From positions 34,718 through 98,717 of the forward strand of contig JBJKUS010000005.1 in assembly GCA_045563025.1 (NCBI GenBank): 64,000 nucleotides of DNA, in the 5' to 3' direction. A program made the translations under genes and the position numbers. The notes below the pieces were generated by a model, which had not been told where the DNA came from, searched no databases, and worked only from the letters and a program-made list of their open reading frames with translations. This document shows, piece by piece, positions 20,386 through 29,283 of the stretch. Every line of letters begins with the position of its first letter. Positions within the stretch are counted from its first letter, which is position 1. The DNA comes from Alphaproteobacteria bacterium. Lineage in GTDB: Bacteria; Pseudomonadota; Alphaproteobacteria; Methylaequorales; Methylaequoraceae.

Positions 20386-21387
20386 ATGAAAAAAGTTTTA
20401 TTAAAAAAAAATTTTAATGAATGTATAGGTAACACTCCTCTTATAAAACTTAACAGGGCCTCAGAATTATCAGGAAACAACATATACGGAAAATGTGAGT
20501 TCTTGAATCCTGGAGGATCAGTGAAAGATCGACCAGCACTTCAAATAATTAAAGATGCATTAAATAAAAAAGTTATAACTAAAGGTGGAACAATTGTCGA
20601 AGGTACAGCTGGAAACACAGGTATAGGCCTATGTCTCGTAGGAAATACATTTGGTATGAAATCAGAAATTGTAATGCCAAAAACTCAGAGTGAAGAAAAA
20701 AAAAAAATGCTTCAAATTTGTGGAGCAAACCTCCACTTAGTTGAGGCAGTTCCATACAAAAATCCAAAAAATTATGTTAGGTATTCAGAAACATTAGCCA
20801 AAAGTATAAAAAATGATAATGGTGTGCTTTGGGCGAATCAATTTGACAACCTTTCAAATAAAAAAGCCCATTATACTTCAACAGGCCCAGAAATATGGAG
20901 TCAACTTGAGGGTAAAGTCGATGGCTTTATATGCTCAGTAGGAACGGGTGGGACACTTGCTGGGACATCTGAATATCTTAAAGAAAAAAATAAGAATGTT
21001 ACTATTGGACTTGCAGACCCATTTGGGTCTGCAATGTATAATTATTTTAAGAATGGAATACTTAAGTCCGAGGGCGATTCAATTACTGAAGGAATTGGTC
21101 AAGGAAGGATTACCAAAAATCTAGAGAATATAAAAATTGATGAAAGCTTTCAGATCTCGGATTTTGATGCATTACACATTGTTTTTAAAATGATTGCAGA
21201 GGAAGGTTTGATATTAGGAGGTTCTTCTGGAATCAATGTTATGGGTGCTATAATGTTAGGTAAAAAATTAGGTAAAAATAAGAATATTGTGACCATATTA
21301 TGTGATTATGGAACAAAATACGAAAGTAAAATCTTCAATAAAAAATTTTTATTAGAAAAACAATTACCTATTCCTGAATGGTTATGA
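20386..21387 (+). CDS. cysteine synthase / cystathionine beta-synthase family PLP enzyme (fold type II)
   Basis: 333 aa; contains the PLP lysine motif (NPGGSVKDRPAL) and GTGGT/SSG loops. Confidence 0.85.
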   Translation: MKKVLLKKNFNECIGNTPLIKLNRASELSGNNIYGKCEFLNPGGSVKDRPALQIIKDALNKKVITKGGTIVEGTAGNTGIGLCLVGNTFGMKSEIVMPKTQSEEKKKMLQICGANLHLVEAVPYKNPKNYVRYSETLAKSIKNDNGVLWANQFDNLSNKKAHYTSTGPEIWSQLEGKVDGFICSVGTGGTLAGTSEYLKEKNKNVTIGLADPFGSAMYNYFKNGILKSEGDSITEGIGQGRITKNLENIKIDESFQISDFDALHIVFKMIAEEGLILGGSSGINVMGAIMLGKKLGKNKNIVTILCDYGTKYESKIFNKKFLLEKQLPIPEWL

Positions 21388-22202
21388 ACAAAGAAAAAAA
21401 TAACTTAATAAGCGCTTCAGAGCTTAAAAAAAAATTAAACAATAAAAAAATAAAAATCTTGGATGCTAGATGGTTTCTAGAAGATTCGCAAAAAGGGAAA
21501 AAACTATATGATAAACTGCATATTCCTCAAGCCATTTTTTTTGATATAAACAATCTTTCTGATAAAACCTCAGACCTTCCTCATATGCTTCCTAAGAAAG
21601 AGATTTTTAAAAAATACTTAGATGAAAATGGAATATCCAAAGAAAATGAAATTATAGTTTATGATCAAATCGGTTTTTTTTCCTCAGCAAGAGTATGGTT
21701 CATTTTTAAATATTTTAGTTTTGATAAAGTAAAGATTTTAAATGAAGGTTTTTTAATGTGGGAAAAAAAAAATTATCCAACAGACAATAAAATTCATAAG
21801 AAAGAAACTACAAATAATAAACTTACTGAAAATAAAGATTTACTGGCAAACAAGGCCCTCATTGAAAAAAATATTAAAAGTAAAAATATTTTAGTTATAG
21901 ATGCAAGATCTAAAAAAAGATTTCTTGGAGTTGAAAAAGAACCAAGAAAGAATTTAAAATCTGGAAATATTCCAGGCAGCATTAATATTCCCTACTCATT
22001 ATTATCCAAAAACGGTAAATTTTTAAATTATGGAGATCTTAGTAAAGTTTTTAATACTAAACTCAATTTAAAAAAACAAAAAATTATTTGTAGTTGTGGA
22101 TCTGGTATAACTGCTTGCAATTTAATTTTTGCTTTAGATATTTTAGGTTATAATAATGTTAAACTTTACGATGGTTCTTGGGCAGAATGGGGAAAAAAAT
22201 AA
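21378..22202 (+). CDS. sseA: 3-mercaptopyruvate/thiosulfate sulfurtransferase (tandem rhodanese)
   Basis: 274 aa with two rhodanese domains and the active-site loop CSCGSGITAC. Confidence 0.85.
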   Translation: MVMNKEKNNLISASELKKKLNNKKIKILDARWFLEDSQKGKKLYDKLHIPQAIFFDINNLSDKTSDLPHMLPKKEIFKKYLDENGISKENEIIVYDQIGFFSSARVWFIFKYFSFDKVKILNEGFLMWEKKNYPTDNKIHKKETTNNKLTENKDLLANKALIEKNIKSKNILVIDARSKKRFLGVEKEPRKNLKSGNIPGSINIPYSLLSKNGKFLNYGDLSKVFNTKLNLKKQKIICSCGSGITACNLIFALDILGYNNVKLYDGSWAEWGKK

Positions 22203-23344
22203 AAACACGAATTATCCACACTGGATCAGAACCGAAAAAACACTTTGGTTCAATAAGCGACCCAATCTATAGAAACTCAACTCTTGTTTTTGAATCCTAC
22301 AAGAGGTTTATCGAAGCAAAAAAAAATCGATTCATCCTTCCTTATTACGGAAGAATTAGCACTTACTCGACAAGAAGCTTTGAAAAAGTTATCACATCGT
22401 TATATAAATCAAGGCATACTATACTTACAAGCTCAGGTTTATCAGCCATAACAATTACTCTAAAAAGTCTTTTAAAGTGTAATGATCAAATATTAGTAAC
22501 TGAAAATTGTTATGAACCTGTTTTTAATTTTTCTAAACTTGAATTATCAAGGTTTGGAATTAAAACAACTTTCTATCCAAACAACTTTAAGAAACTAGAA
22601 AATTTAATATCAAAAGAAACTAAAATTTTATATGTTGAATCTCCTAGCTCTCTCAATTATGAAGTTGAGGACTTATTAAAAATTACAAAAATTGCTAAAA
22701 AAAATAAAATTATTACTGTCATTGATAATACTTGGTCAACTTTTTTAGGCTGTAATCCTCTTGATTATAATTTTGATATAGTTATTGAATCTGCAACAAA
22801 ATATCTGTCTGGTCATTCAGATAACTTCTTAGGTATAATTACAACAAATTCAGATAATCTCTGGAAAAAAATTAAAAAAACCGCGGTATTAAATGGAGAC
22901 TTCGTTTCTTCAGAAAGCTGTTTTAATGCTATGAAAGGTTTGAAAACACTTGAGGTTCGAATGAGTAAACATAGTGACAACGCAAAGAAGATTTTTGATT
23001 ATTTGAATTCAAAGAATTCTGTCGAGCAAATAATATATTTACCTGATCCAAAAAATAAAAATCATAAACTATGGAAAAAATATCATAAAATGAGTAATGG
23101 GCTGATTACTTTTTCATTAAAAAAAAAACGTAAAATTGAATACTTCTTAGACAAATTAAGTTTATTTAAGATAGGGTTTAGTTGGGGTGGTTATGAAAGT
23201 TTAATTTTACCGTTAAATAATTTAAAACCTTCAAAAAAATTGGCGACAAATTCGAATTATTGGTTTAGAATTCATATTGGTTTAGAGGATGTTAGTGATT
23301 TAATCAATGATTTAGAAACAGCAATTAAAAATTATGAAAAATAA
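22178..23344 (+). CDS. metC: cystathionine beta-lyase (Cys/Met metabolism PLP enzyme family)
   Basis: 388 aa; the PLP lysine context ESATKYLSGHSD matches the MetC/MetB family. Confidence 0.85.
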   Translation: MGRMGKKIKTRIIHTGSEPKKHFGSISDPIYRNSTLVFESYKRFIEAKKNRFILPYYGRISTYSTRSFEKVITSLYKSRHTILTSSGLSAITITLKSLLKCNDQILVTENCYEPVFNFSKLELSRFGIKTTFYPNNFKKLENLISKETKILYVESPSSLNYEVEDLLKITKIAKKNKIITVIDNTWSTFLGCNPLDYNFDIVIESATKYLSGHSDNFLGIITTNSDNLWKKIKKTAVLNGDFVSSESCFNAMKGLKTLEVRMSKHSDNAKKIFDYLNSKNSVEQIIYLPDPKNKNHKLWKKYHKMSNGLITFSLKKKRKIEYFLDKLSLFKIGFSWGGYESLILPLNNLKPSKKLATNSNYWFRIHIGLEDVSDLINDLETAIKNYEK

Positions 23345-23639
23345 AGAAAAATTTTTAATTTTCCAACCTGCAAAATCCGCAATGCAATCCGGTCTCTTTA
23401 ATACAAATAAATGGTGTCTTTCGAATTGTGAAATGCAAGAATCATATTTAAGCAGTAAGTTTTGTTGGAACGGAAGCTCAAACCCTGAAAAAAAAATAAA
23501 AATATTTTTCAAGACCCTTGATGAAGCAAAAAAATTTGCTGAAAAGAAAAATATAAGCTTTGAGATAGTTCTTCCAGGTAAAAGAAAAATTCTAAAAAAA
23601 TCTTATTCACAAAATTTCTTCAGAAAAAAAAATGCCTAA
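23334..23639 (+). CDS. NDUFS4-like ETC complex I subunit-family protein (PF04800-type)
   Basis: 101 aa. It aligns by eye to the eukaryotic NDUFS4 core (FQPAKSAMQSGLFNTNKW ... WNGSSNP ... FKTLDEAKKFAEKKNISFEIV ... KSYSQNF, versus NDUFS4 PARNNMQSGVNNTKKW ... GWASTADP ... KEDAVSFAEKNGWSYDI ... KSYGANF). Confidence 0.75.
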   Translation: MKNKEKFLIFQPAKSAMQSGLFNTNKWCLSNCEMQESYLSSKFCWNGSSNPEKKIKIFFKTLDEAKKFAEKKNISFEIVLPGKRKILKKSYSQNFFRKKNA

Positions 23640-24132
23640 AATTGATAAATTTTGTCCCCTTTGGTTATATAAAGTTGTAATATCAGTTACTGTATATGAT
23701 TACATTGTTAGAGACGTTGCAATTTTTGTATCTACAAAAAAATTTGAAAGTTTTTTCAGTAAATACTATAAAGATTTAACTGTGGATGAAATAGAAACCG
23801 GAGCAACTTCATTTATCCAATTTTTAGGAGAAGTAAAGACAAAAGATCCCTTTTTACTGCTAAATCATTTTACATACAATCTAGTGGAAGAAACAAAAGC
23901 TAAGTTAGGAAAGCTCTTCAAAAAAGATCCATATGAAGGTGACTCTGAAAAAGAATACAGCTCAGAAGTTGCTCTAAAAGACTTTAAAGTTTTTTCATTT
24001 TCATGTAGATCTGGTTTAACAAAAAAAGCTCCTGTCGGATGGGAGATAAGAAATGAGCAAGATTTAGGTATACTAAATAAAGCAATTGAAAAAGAGTTTT
24101 CAATTGATGATATGATAGATAGTGTACTTTAA
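23632..24132 (+). CDS. hypothetical protein
   Basis: 166 aa; no recognisable motif. It is translationally coupled on both sides (8 nt and 11 nt overlaps) within the same co-directional string. Confidence 0.4.
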   Translation: MPKIDKFCPLWLYKVVISVTVYDYIVRDVAIFVSTKKFESFFSKYYKDLTVDEIETGATSFIQFLGEVKTKDPFLLLNHFTYNLVEETKAKLGKLFKKDPYEGDSEKEYSSEVALKDFKVFSFSCRSGLTKKAPVGWEIRNEQDLGILNKAIEKEFSIDDMIDSVL

Positions 24133-24922
24133 TATGAGAAATCTATTTATATTTGTATTTTTGTTTAGTTTAATATTTGAAGCTAAAACTGCTGAAAGCG
24201 ACGATTTATTAATTAGCTCAATTAAGAACGAAAAAAGAAGTGAAAAAAATATTAAAAGAGACAAATACAGAAACCCTTTTGAGACACTAACATTTTTTGA
24301 AATTGATCGGAAAAAAAAAATTTTGGAAATTTCACCCGGCGGCGGTTATTATTCAGAGATAATTTCACATTATATGAAAAAAACAAATAACTTTTTTTCA
24401 ACCGAATATCTTGTCCCACCAGTTGAAGCTGTTAGAAAAGCTCAAGAAAGATATAACAAATTCTTTGAGGAAAATAAAAAAGATTTTGGTCAGATTAATA
24501 AGATATACTTTTTAAAAAATAATAAACTAGAATTTGAAGAAAAAAACTTTGACCTAGTTCTTACATTTAGAAACACTCATAACTGGCTAGGGTCAAATTC
24601 AGCAGGAAATGTATACCAAACTATTTATGATGTAATGAACAAAGGCGGGATTTTAGGTATAGTACAACATAGAGCTGATGAAAAATCAAAATTCAATTTT
24701 AAAAATGGGTATGTTAAAGAATCATTTCTTATAAGCTTTTTAGAAGATATTGGATTTAAACTTTTAGATAAATCCGATATCAATCAAAATACAAAGGATA
24801 AGAAAGACTATAAAAATGGAGTTTGGACACTTCCGCCAAGATTGGTTCTGGGTGATCTTGATAGACAAAAATATCTGGACATTGGTGAAAGTGATAGAAT
24901 GACATTAAAATTTATAAAATAA
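24122..24922 (+). CDS. putative class I SAM-dependent methyltransferase with an N-terminal signal peptide
   Basis: 266 aa with a cleavable-looking signal (MRNLFIFVFLFSLIFEAKTA) and a Rossmann motif I-like ILEISPGGGYYSEI, followed by an acidic residue (LVLTF). Confidence 0.5.
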   Translation: MYFNMRNLFIFVFLFSLIFEAKTAESDDLLISSIKNEKRSEKNIKRDKYRNPFETLTFFEIDRKKKILEISPGGGYYSEIISHYMKKTNNFFSTEYLVPPVEAVRKAQERYNKFFEENKKDFGQINKIYFLKNNKLEFEEKNFDLVLTFRNTHNWLGSNSAGNVYQTIYDVMNKGGILGIVQHRADEKSKFNFKNGYVKESFLISFLEDIGFKLLDKSDINQNTKDKKDYKNGVWTLPPRLVLGDLDRQKYLDIGESDRMTLKFIK

Positions 24923-24923
24923 A

Positions 24924-25715
24924 GTGATACACTTCATAGTTGCTACAACCTCTGAGGCAAGACCGTTAATCGACTTTTTTAAACTAAAAAAAAAAAATTC
25001 TATTTCTAATTTTGTTTTTTTTGATAATGATGAAATCTCTCTTACTATTAGTGGAATTGGAAAAATAAACGCAGCAATGAGCGTCACGCACACCTATTAT
25101 GAATTTAACAAAATTAAAAATAATGTTTGGGTAAACTTTGGGATTGCAGGACATATTAGTCATAGTATAGGAAAAATTTTTCTTATAAATAAAATAGTTG
25201 ATAAAGAAACTAATTATAAATATTTTCCTCACATAATCAAAAACTGCAAATTAGACCAAAAAAGCTGTATAACTTACAGTGAACAAAATTTTTTTTATAA
25301 TGATGATTTATCAGATATGGAAGCTAGTGGTTTTTTTATGGCTGCAGACAAATATTCAACTAAGGAACTGATTCATTCAATAAAAATTATTTCTGACAAT
25401 AAAGAAGAAAAAATTGATTTTTCTGATAAAAAAAAATTATATGACATAATTAAACCTAATGAAAAAATGATAACTTCATACATAGAAAATATATATAAAA
25501 TTTGGAAGAAGTTTTACTTCTACAAAAAAACAATTGATGAAAAAGTAAAAAAAGTTCTTCAAAATAAAAATCTTTCATTTTATCAAAAAAAAGAATTTGC
25601 AAAAGTTTTAGAATATTACTTTCTAAATAGTGAAAAAAATTCATCTAAAACATTAGATTTTTCAAATAATTTTGCTGAAAAAATAAAATTAATTAAACGA
25701 AATCTGAAAATATGA
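24924..25715 (+). CDS. nucleoside phosphorylase/nucleosidase family 1 protein (MTA/SAH-nucleosidase-like) with a C-terminal extension
   Basis: 263 aa. The N-terminal 150 aa align to the Pfs/MTAN fold: IVATTSEARPLI (cf. IGIIGAMEEE), LTISGIGKINAAMSV (cf. KSGIGKVAAA), VNFGIAGHI (cf. NTGSAGGL), SDMEASGFFMAA (cf. VEMEATAIAHV). Confidence 0.65.
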   Translation: MIHFIVATTSEARPLIDFFKLKKKNSISNFVFFDNDEISLTISGIGKINAAMSVTHTYYEFNKIKNNVWVNFGIAGHISHSIGKIFLINKIVDKETNYKYFPHIIKNCKLDQKSCITYSEQNFFYNDDLSDMEASGFFMAADKYSTKELIHSIKIISDNKEEKIDFSDKKKLYDIIKPNEKMITSYIENIYKIWKKFYFYKKTIDEKVKKVLQNKNLSFYQKKEFAKVLEYYFLNSEKNSSKTLDFSNNFAEKIKLIKRNLKI

Positions 25716-26680
25716 AATTTGAAAATATATATATAGAGGATGAAATTAAAAGTTTGAAAAAAACAAAAAGTATTTTGAGTAGAATTAAATATAAAAATAT
25801 AATTTTTTGCGACAAATACACTGAAATATTTAATCCAAAAAATCAAAACTTTCGAATCCAAAAAATAAATCCAAATATAATTTTAGCAAAAAAATATGGA
25901 AAGTTTATTTTAAAAACACCCCCAAAATTTAATATTGGATTCAAATACAACTATTATTTTTCACATATGCTTAATTGTGTTTATGATTGTAAATATTGTT
26001 TTTTACAAGGAATGTTTAATTCAGCTAATTTTTTAGTTTTTGTTAATTATGAGGATTTTTTTAAGGAGATTGACTGTATTTTAACAAAAAATCCAAATAA
26101 GAAAATTTGTTTCTTCTCCGGTTATGATTGTGATAGTTTGGCCTTGGAGAAAATAACGAATTTTCTTAATTCTTTTTTAACTTTTTTTGAGCAAAGAAAA
26201 AACGCATTCTTAGAAGTCAGAACCAAAAGTACTAATATAGAAGTTTTCAAAAAAATTAAACCAATTAATAATGTAATCATTGCATATAGTTTGAATCCAG
26301 AAGAAATTATTCAAAAGTATGAGCAAAAAACTCCAACTTTTGCAAAAAGACTTGAAAGTTTGCACTTATTACAGAGTCTAGGTTGGAGGGTTGGTATTAG
26401 ATTTGATCCAATTTTTGTTTCACATAATAATGTTAATATTTACAATCGCTTCGTAGAAAATATTTTTTTAAAGATAAATCCAAATACCTTGCATTCAGTA
26501 ACAATTGGTGAATTTAGAATGCCGAATAATTTTCTTAACAAGATACTCAAGATTAGAACTAATGACTCACTTGAATTTTTAGAGTTGCATAATAACAAAT
26601 TAAAGAAAAAAGAGAGTTATAGTTTATTTAAGAAAAAATTAAGAACCTTTGTAAGTGCAAGAAAAATTTATGAAAATTAA
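25712..26680 (+). CDS. spore photoproduct lyase-family radical SAM protein (SplB-like DNA repair lyase)
   Basis: 322 aa. The CxxxCxxC cluster sits in the SPL context NCVYDCKYCFLQ (cf. SplB C..HC.YCYLQ). The ATGA overlap with the upstream nucleosidase gene indicates coupling. Confidence 0.75.
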   Translation: MKFENIYIEDEIKSLKKTKSILSRIKYKNIIFCDKYTEIFNPKNQNFRIQKINPNIILAKKYGKFILKTPPKFNIGFKYNYYFSHMLNCVYDCKYCFLQGMFNSANFLVFVNYEDFFKEIDCILTKNPNKKICFFSGYDCDSLALEKITNFLNSFLTFFEQRKNAFLEVRTKSTNIEVFKKIKPINNVIIAYSLNPEEIIQKYEQKTPTFAKRLESLHLLQSLGWRVGIRFDPIFVSHNNVNIYNRFVENIFLKINPNTLHSVTIGEFRMPNNFLNKILKIRTNDSLEFLELHNNKLKKKESYSLFKKKLRTFVSARKIYEN

Positions 26681-27057
26681 AACTTCTTTTGTTTTACCTC
26701 AAACTTTTTACAGTTAAATGTTAAAGAGGTAATTTTTCCATCATCATGTTTCTCAAAATTTAATACGAGCTGTCCACTATATCTTCCAATAATACCTGAA
26801 ACATCACCATTGGAATCAGGATACAAAGGTATATCTTTTGCAGTCCACGAAATATTTGAATCAGTATTTTTGAATCTATCAGCAAAAAAACTTAATCCAC
26901 CTATGTCAATTTTTTTTTTATCTGTATCAATTATTAAGAAAACATCTTTTACATCAAGACTTCGTACATCTATATAATTATTTGTACATATTAGATTTAG
27001 TTCATTTGAAAAAGAAATTTTGGGAAGAAAAAGAAGAAATAATAACAGCCTGATCAT
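26677..27057 (-). CDS. secreted hypothetical protein
   Basis: 126 aa with a signal peptide (MIRLLLFLLFLPKISFS) and two Cys; no known motif. Its stop overlaps the SPL stop, in convergent orientation. Confidence 0.4.
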   Translation of the reverse strand: MIRLLLFLLFLPKISFSNELNLICTNNYIDVRSLDVKDVFLIIDTDKKKIDIGGLSFFADRFKNTDSNISWTAKDIPLYPDSNGDVSGIIGRYSGQLVLNFEKHDDGKITSLTFNCKKFEVKQKKF

Positions 27058-27216
27058 AATTTGATAATTTCAAAAAAAAAGAAAATGTCAATTTTATTTT
27101 TATATAATTGTTATAAAGTTATTAACAAAATATAAACTTTTAATTTGAAAAAATTTTCATAAAAAGTTTTTAACTGATAATAATTTTTTTTTTTGTTAAC
27201 ATAACTTAATAAGTGT

Positions 27217-27951
27217 ATGTGGAAAAAGAAAGTTTACATAAGTGATTCCGCTCAGCCATTCAGATTAAATAGAACAAAAATTGATTTATTTTTTGATTGC
27301 GAACGTTGTTTTGTCCTTGATCAAAAATTTGGTATAAAAAGACCTTTTGGGACTCCTTTGGTAATGAATAATAAAATAGTAAATACGCTTAAGGATGAAT
27401 TAGAGATTTGCAGAGAAAAAAAACAAATTCATCCTCAAGTTTTGGAGAATAATCTGAATTATATTCCCAATAACTTTGAGCTTCTGAATGATTGGAAAAA
27501 TCCATTTAAGGGTGTAAAATATACTCACAAGAAAACTAATTTTTTACTTAATGGGACTATTGATGATGTTTGGATAAATAAAACTACAAAAAAAAACTAC
27601 TGTTTAATTATTAAAAGTACTTCAAAAAAAGAACAACTGTCATATGAGCAAATATGGTCTGGATATTGGAGGCAATTATCTTTTTATACATATCTTCTGG
27701 AAAAAAACTCAATTGAAATGTCAAAAACTGGAATTCTTGTATTTATAAAAACTTTTGACAATTCTGAAAAATTCTCCAAAAGTTTATCATTTAATTTAAG
27801 TATCTTTGAAAAAATATTAGATCTTGATTGGATTGAACCAACACTGTTAAACATACATAAGATTTTAAATAGTAACGAAATTCCAAAAAATTCAAACTAT
27901 TGTAAATATTGCAAATATTATTTTAACATTAAAAACAAAATTAATGAATAA
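27217..27951 (+). CDS. putative PD-(D/E)XK-type nuclease, Cas4/RecB-like, with four Cys (possible Fe-S or Zn site)
   Basis: 244 aa. A CERC pair lies at residues 28-31 and CKYC at 229-232. A QxxxY motif (RQLSFY) follows a candidate active-site Asp (GTIDDVW). The gene is coupled to the ligase by an 8 nt overlap. Confidence 0.45.
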   Translation: MWKKKVYISDSAQPFRLNRTKIDLFFDCERCFVLDQKFGIKRPFGTPLVMNNKIVNTLKDELEICREKKQIHPQVLENNLNYIPNNFELLNDWKNPFKGVKYTHKKTNFLLNGTIDDVWINKTTKKNYCLIIKSTSKKEQLSYEQIWSGYWRQLSFYTYLLEKNSIEMSKTGILVFIKTFDNSEKFSKSLSFNLSIFEKILDLDWIEPTLLNIHKILNSNEIPKNSNYCKYCKYYFNIKNKINE

Positions 27952-29263
27952 TGCAGAGATTATAAAACTTATTGAATCATCGAATTCAAGACTTTTTAAA
28001 GAAAATATAATTCTTGAGCAAATGAAATTGCAAAATAATATACTTTTCTCTGGTTTGTCATTAGCTTACAACAAACTACTGACCTTTGGTGTTAAGCAGC
28101 TTCCAATCTCTGATAATGATGGCACTGGAATAAATTGGTTAGAATTTAAGGAATTATGTGACCAATTAATTAAAAGAAAGCTGACCGGTCATGCTGCACG
28201 AGATAGAATCATTGAATTAAAAGATAAATCTGGGAAAGATGAATGGAATTTTTTTTATAAAAGAATTTTGCAAAAGGATATGAGATGTGGACTTTCGGAA
28301 AAAACGATTAATAATGTTGCAAAAAAAAATAATTTTGAAAATTACACAATTCCTGTTTTTTCATGTCAATTAGCGCAGGATTGTGAACTTCACAAAAAAA
28401 AGTTAAGCGGAAGAAAAATCTTAGAAGTAAAACTTGACGGAGTCAGGGCAATAACTGTTGTATACCCTAATGGTAAAATTGATATTTTCAGTAGAAATGG
28501 TAAAGAATTAAATAATTTCGACCATCTTAAAAATGAAATTAATAGATTACTAGACATAAATCTAGTTTCAAAACCTATTATTTTTGATGGTGAAATCGTG
28601 AGTGAAGACTTCCAATCATTAATGAAACAGATCCATAGAAAGAATTCATTGCAAAACAAAGATGCAAAACTTTTTATTTTTGATTTTTTACCACTTGAGG
28701 ATTTTAAAAATGGAATTTACAAAAAAACTTTTGAAGATAGAAAAAATCTTTTAAAAAAATTTTACGAAAAGTTATTTTCAGAAAGTAAACTTATCAGACT
28801 TATGGATTCATTAAGTGTAGATCTTGATACTGAAAATGGGAAAGATGAATTTAAAAAATTTAATAGTGAATCTATCATAAATGGCTATGAGGGTATAATG
28901 ATCAAAGACCCAAGCTCTTTTTATGAATGTAAAAGATCTACAACTTGGTTAAAATCAAAACCATTTATAGAAGTTTCACTAGAAGTAAAAGACTATGAAG
29001 AAGGTACCGGAAGAAATCAAGGTAAATTAGGAGCTATCATTGCTGAAGGAACTGATAACAATAAATATTTCAAAACTAATGTAGGGTCAGGTTTTTCTGA
29101 TATTCAAAGAGAAAACTTTTGGATAAAAAGAGATGAACTTATCGGGCAAATAATAGAAATTCGCGCAGACTCTGTAAGTAAGGCTCAAGACGGAAAATAT
29201 TGGAGTTTGAGATTCCCTCGTTTTAAAACGTTTAGGGGTTTTGAAAAAAAAGAAAAATTATAG
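27944..29263 (+). CDS. ATP-dependent DNA ligase
   Basis: 439 aa with nucleotidyltransferase motifs I (EVKLDGVRA), III (FDGEIV), IV (EGIMIKD) and V (WLKSKP), plus an OB-fold C-terminus. No signal peptide is present. Confidence 0.85.
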   Translation: MNNAEIIKLIESSNSRLFKENIILEQMKLQNNILFSGLSLAYNKLLTFGVKQLPISDNDGTGINWLEFKELCDQLIKRKLTGHAARDRIIELKDKSGKDEWNFFYKRILQKDMRCGLSEKTINNVAKKNNFENYTIPVFSCQLAQDCELHKKKLSGRKILEVKLDGVRAITVVYPNGKIDIFSRNGKELNNFDHLKNEINRLLDINLVSKPIIFDGEIVSEDFQSLMKQIHRKNSLQNKDAKLFIFDFLPLEDFKNGIYKKTFEDRKNLLKKFYEKLFSESKLIRLMDSLSVDLDTENGKDEFKKFNSESIINGYEGIMIKDPSSFYECKRSTTWLKSKPFIEVSLEVKDYEEGTGRNQGKLGAIIAEGTDNNKYFKTNVGSGFSDIQRENFWIKRDELIGQIIEIRADSVSKAQDGKYWSLRFPRFKTFRGFEKKEKL

Positions 29264-29283
29264 TATATTAAAAATCAAGGCAT

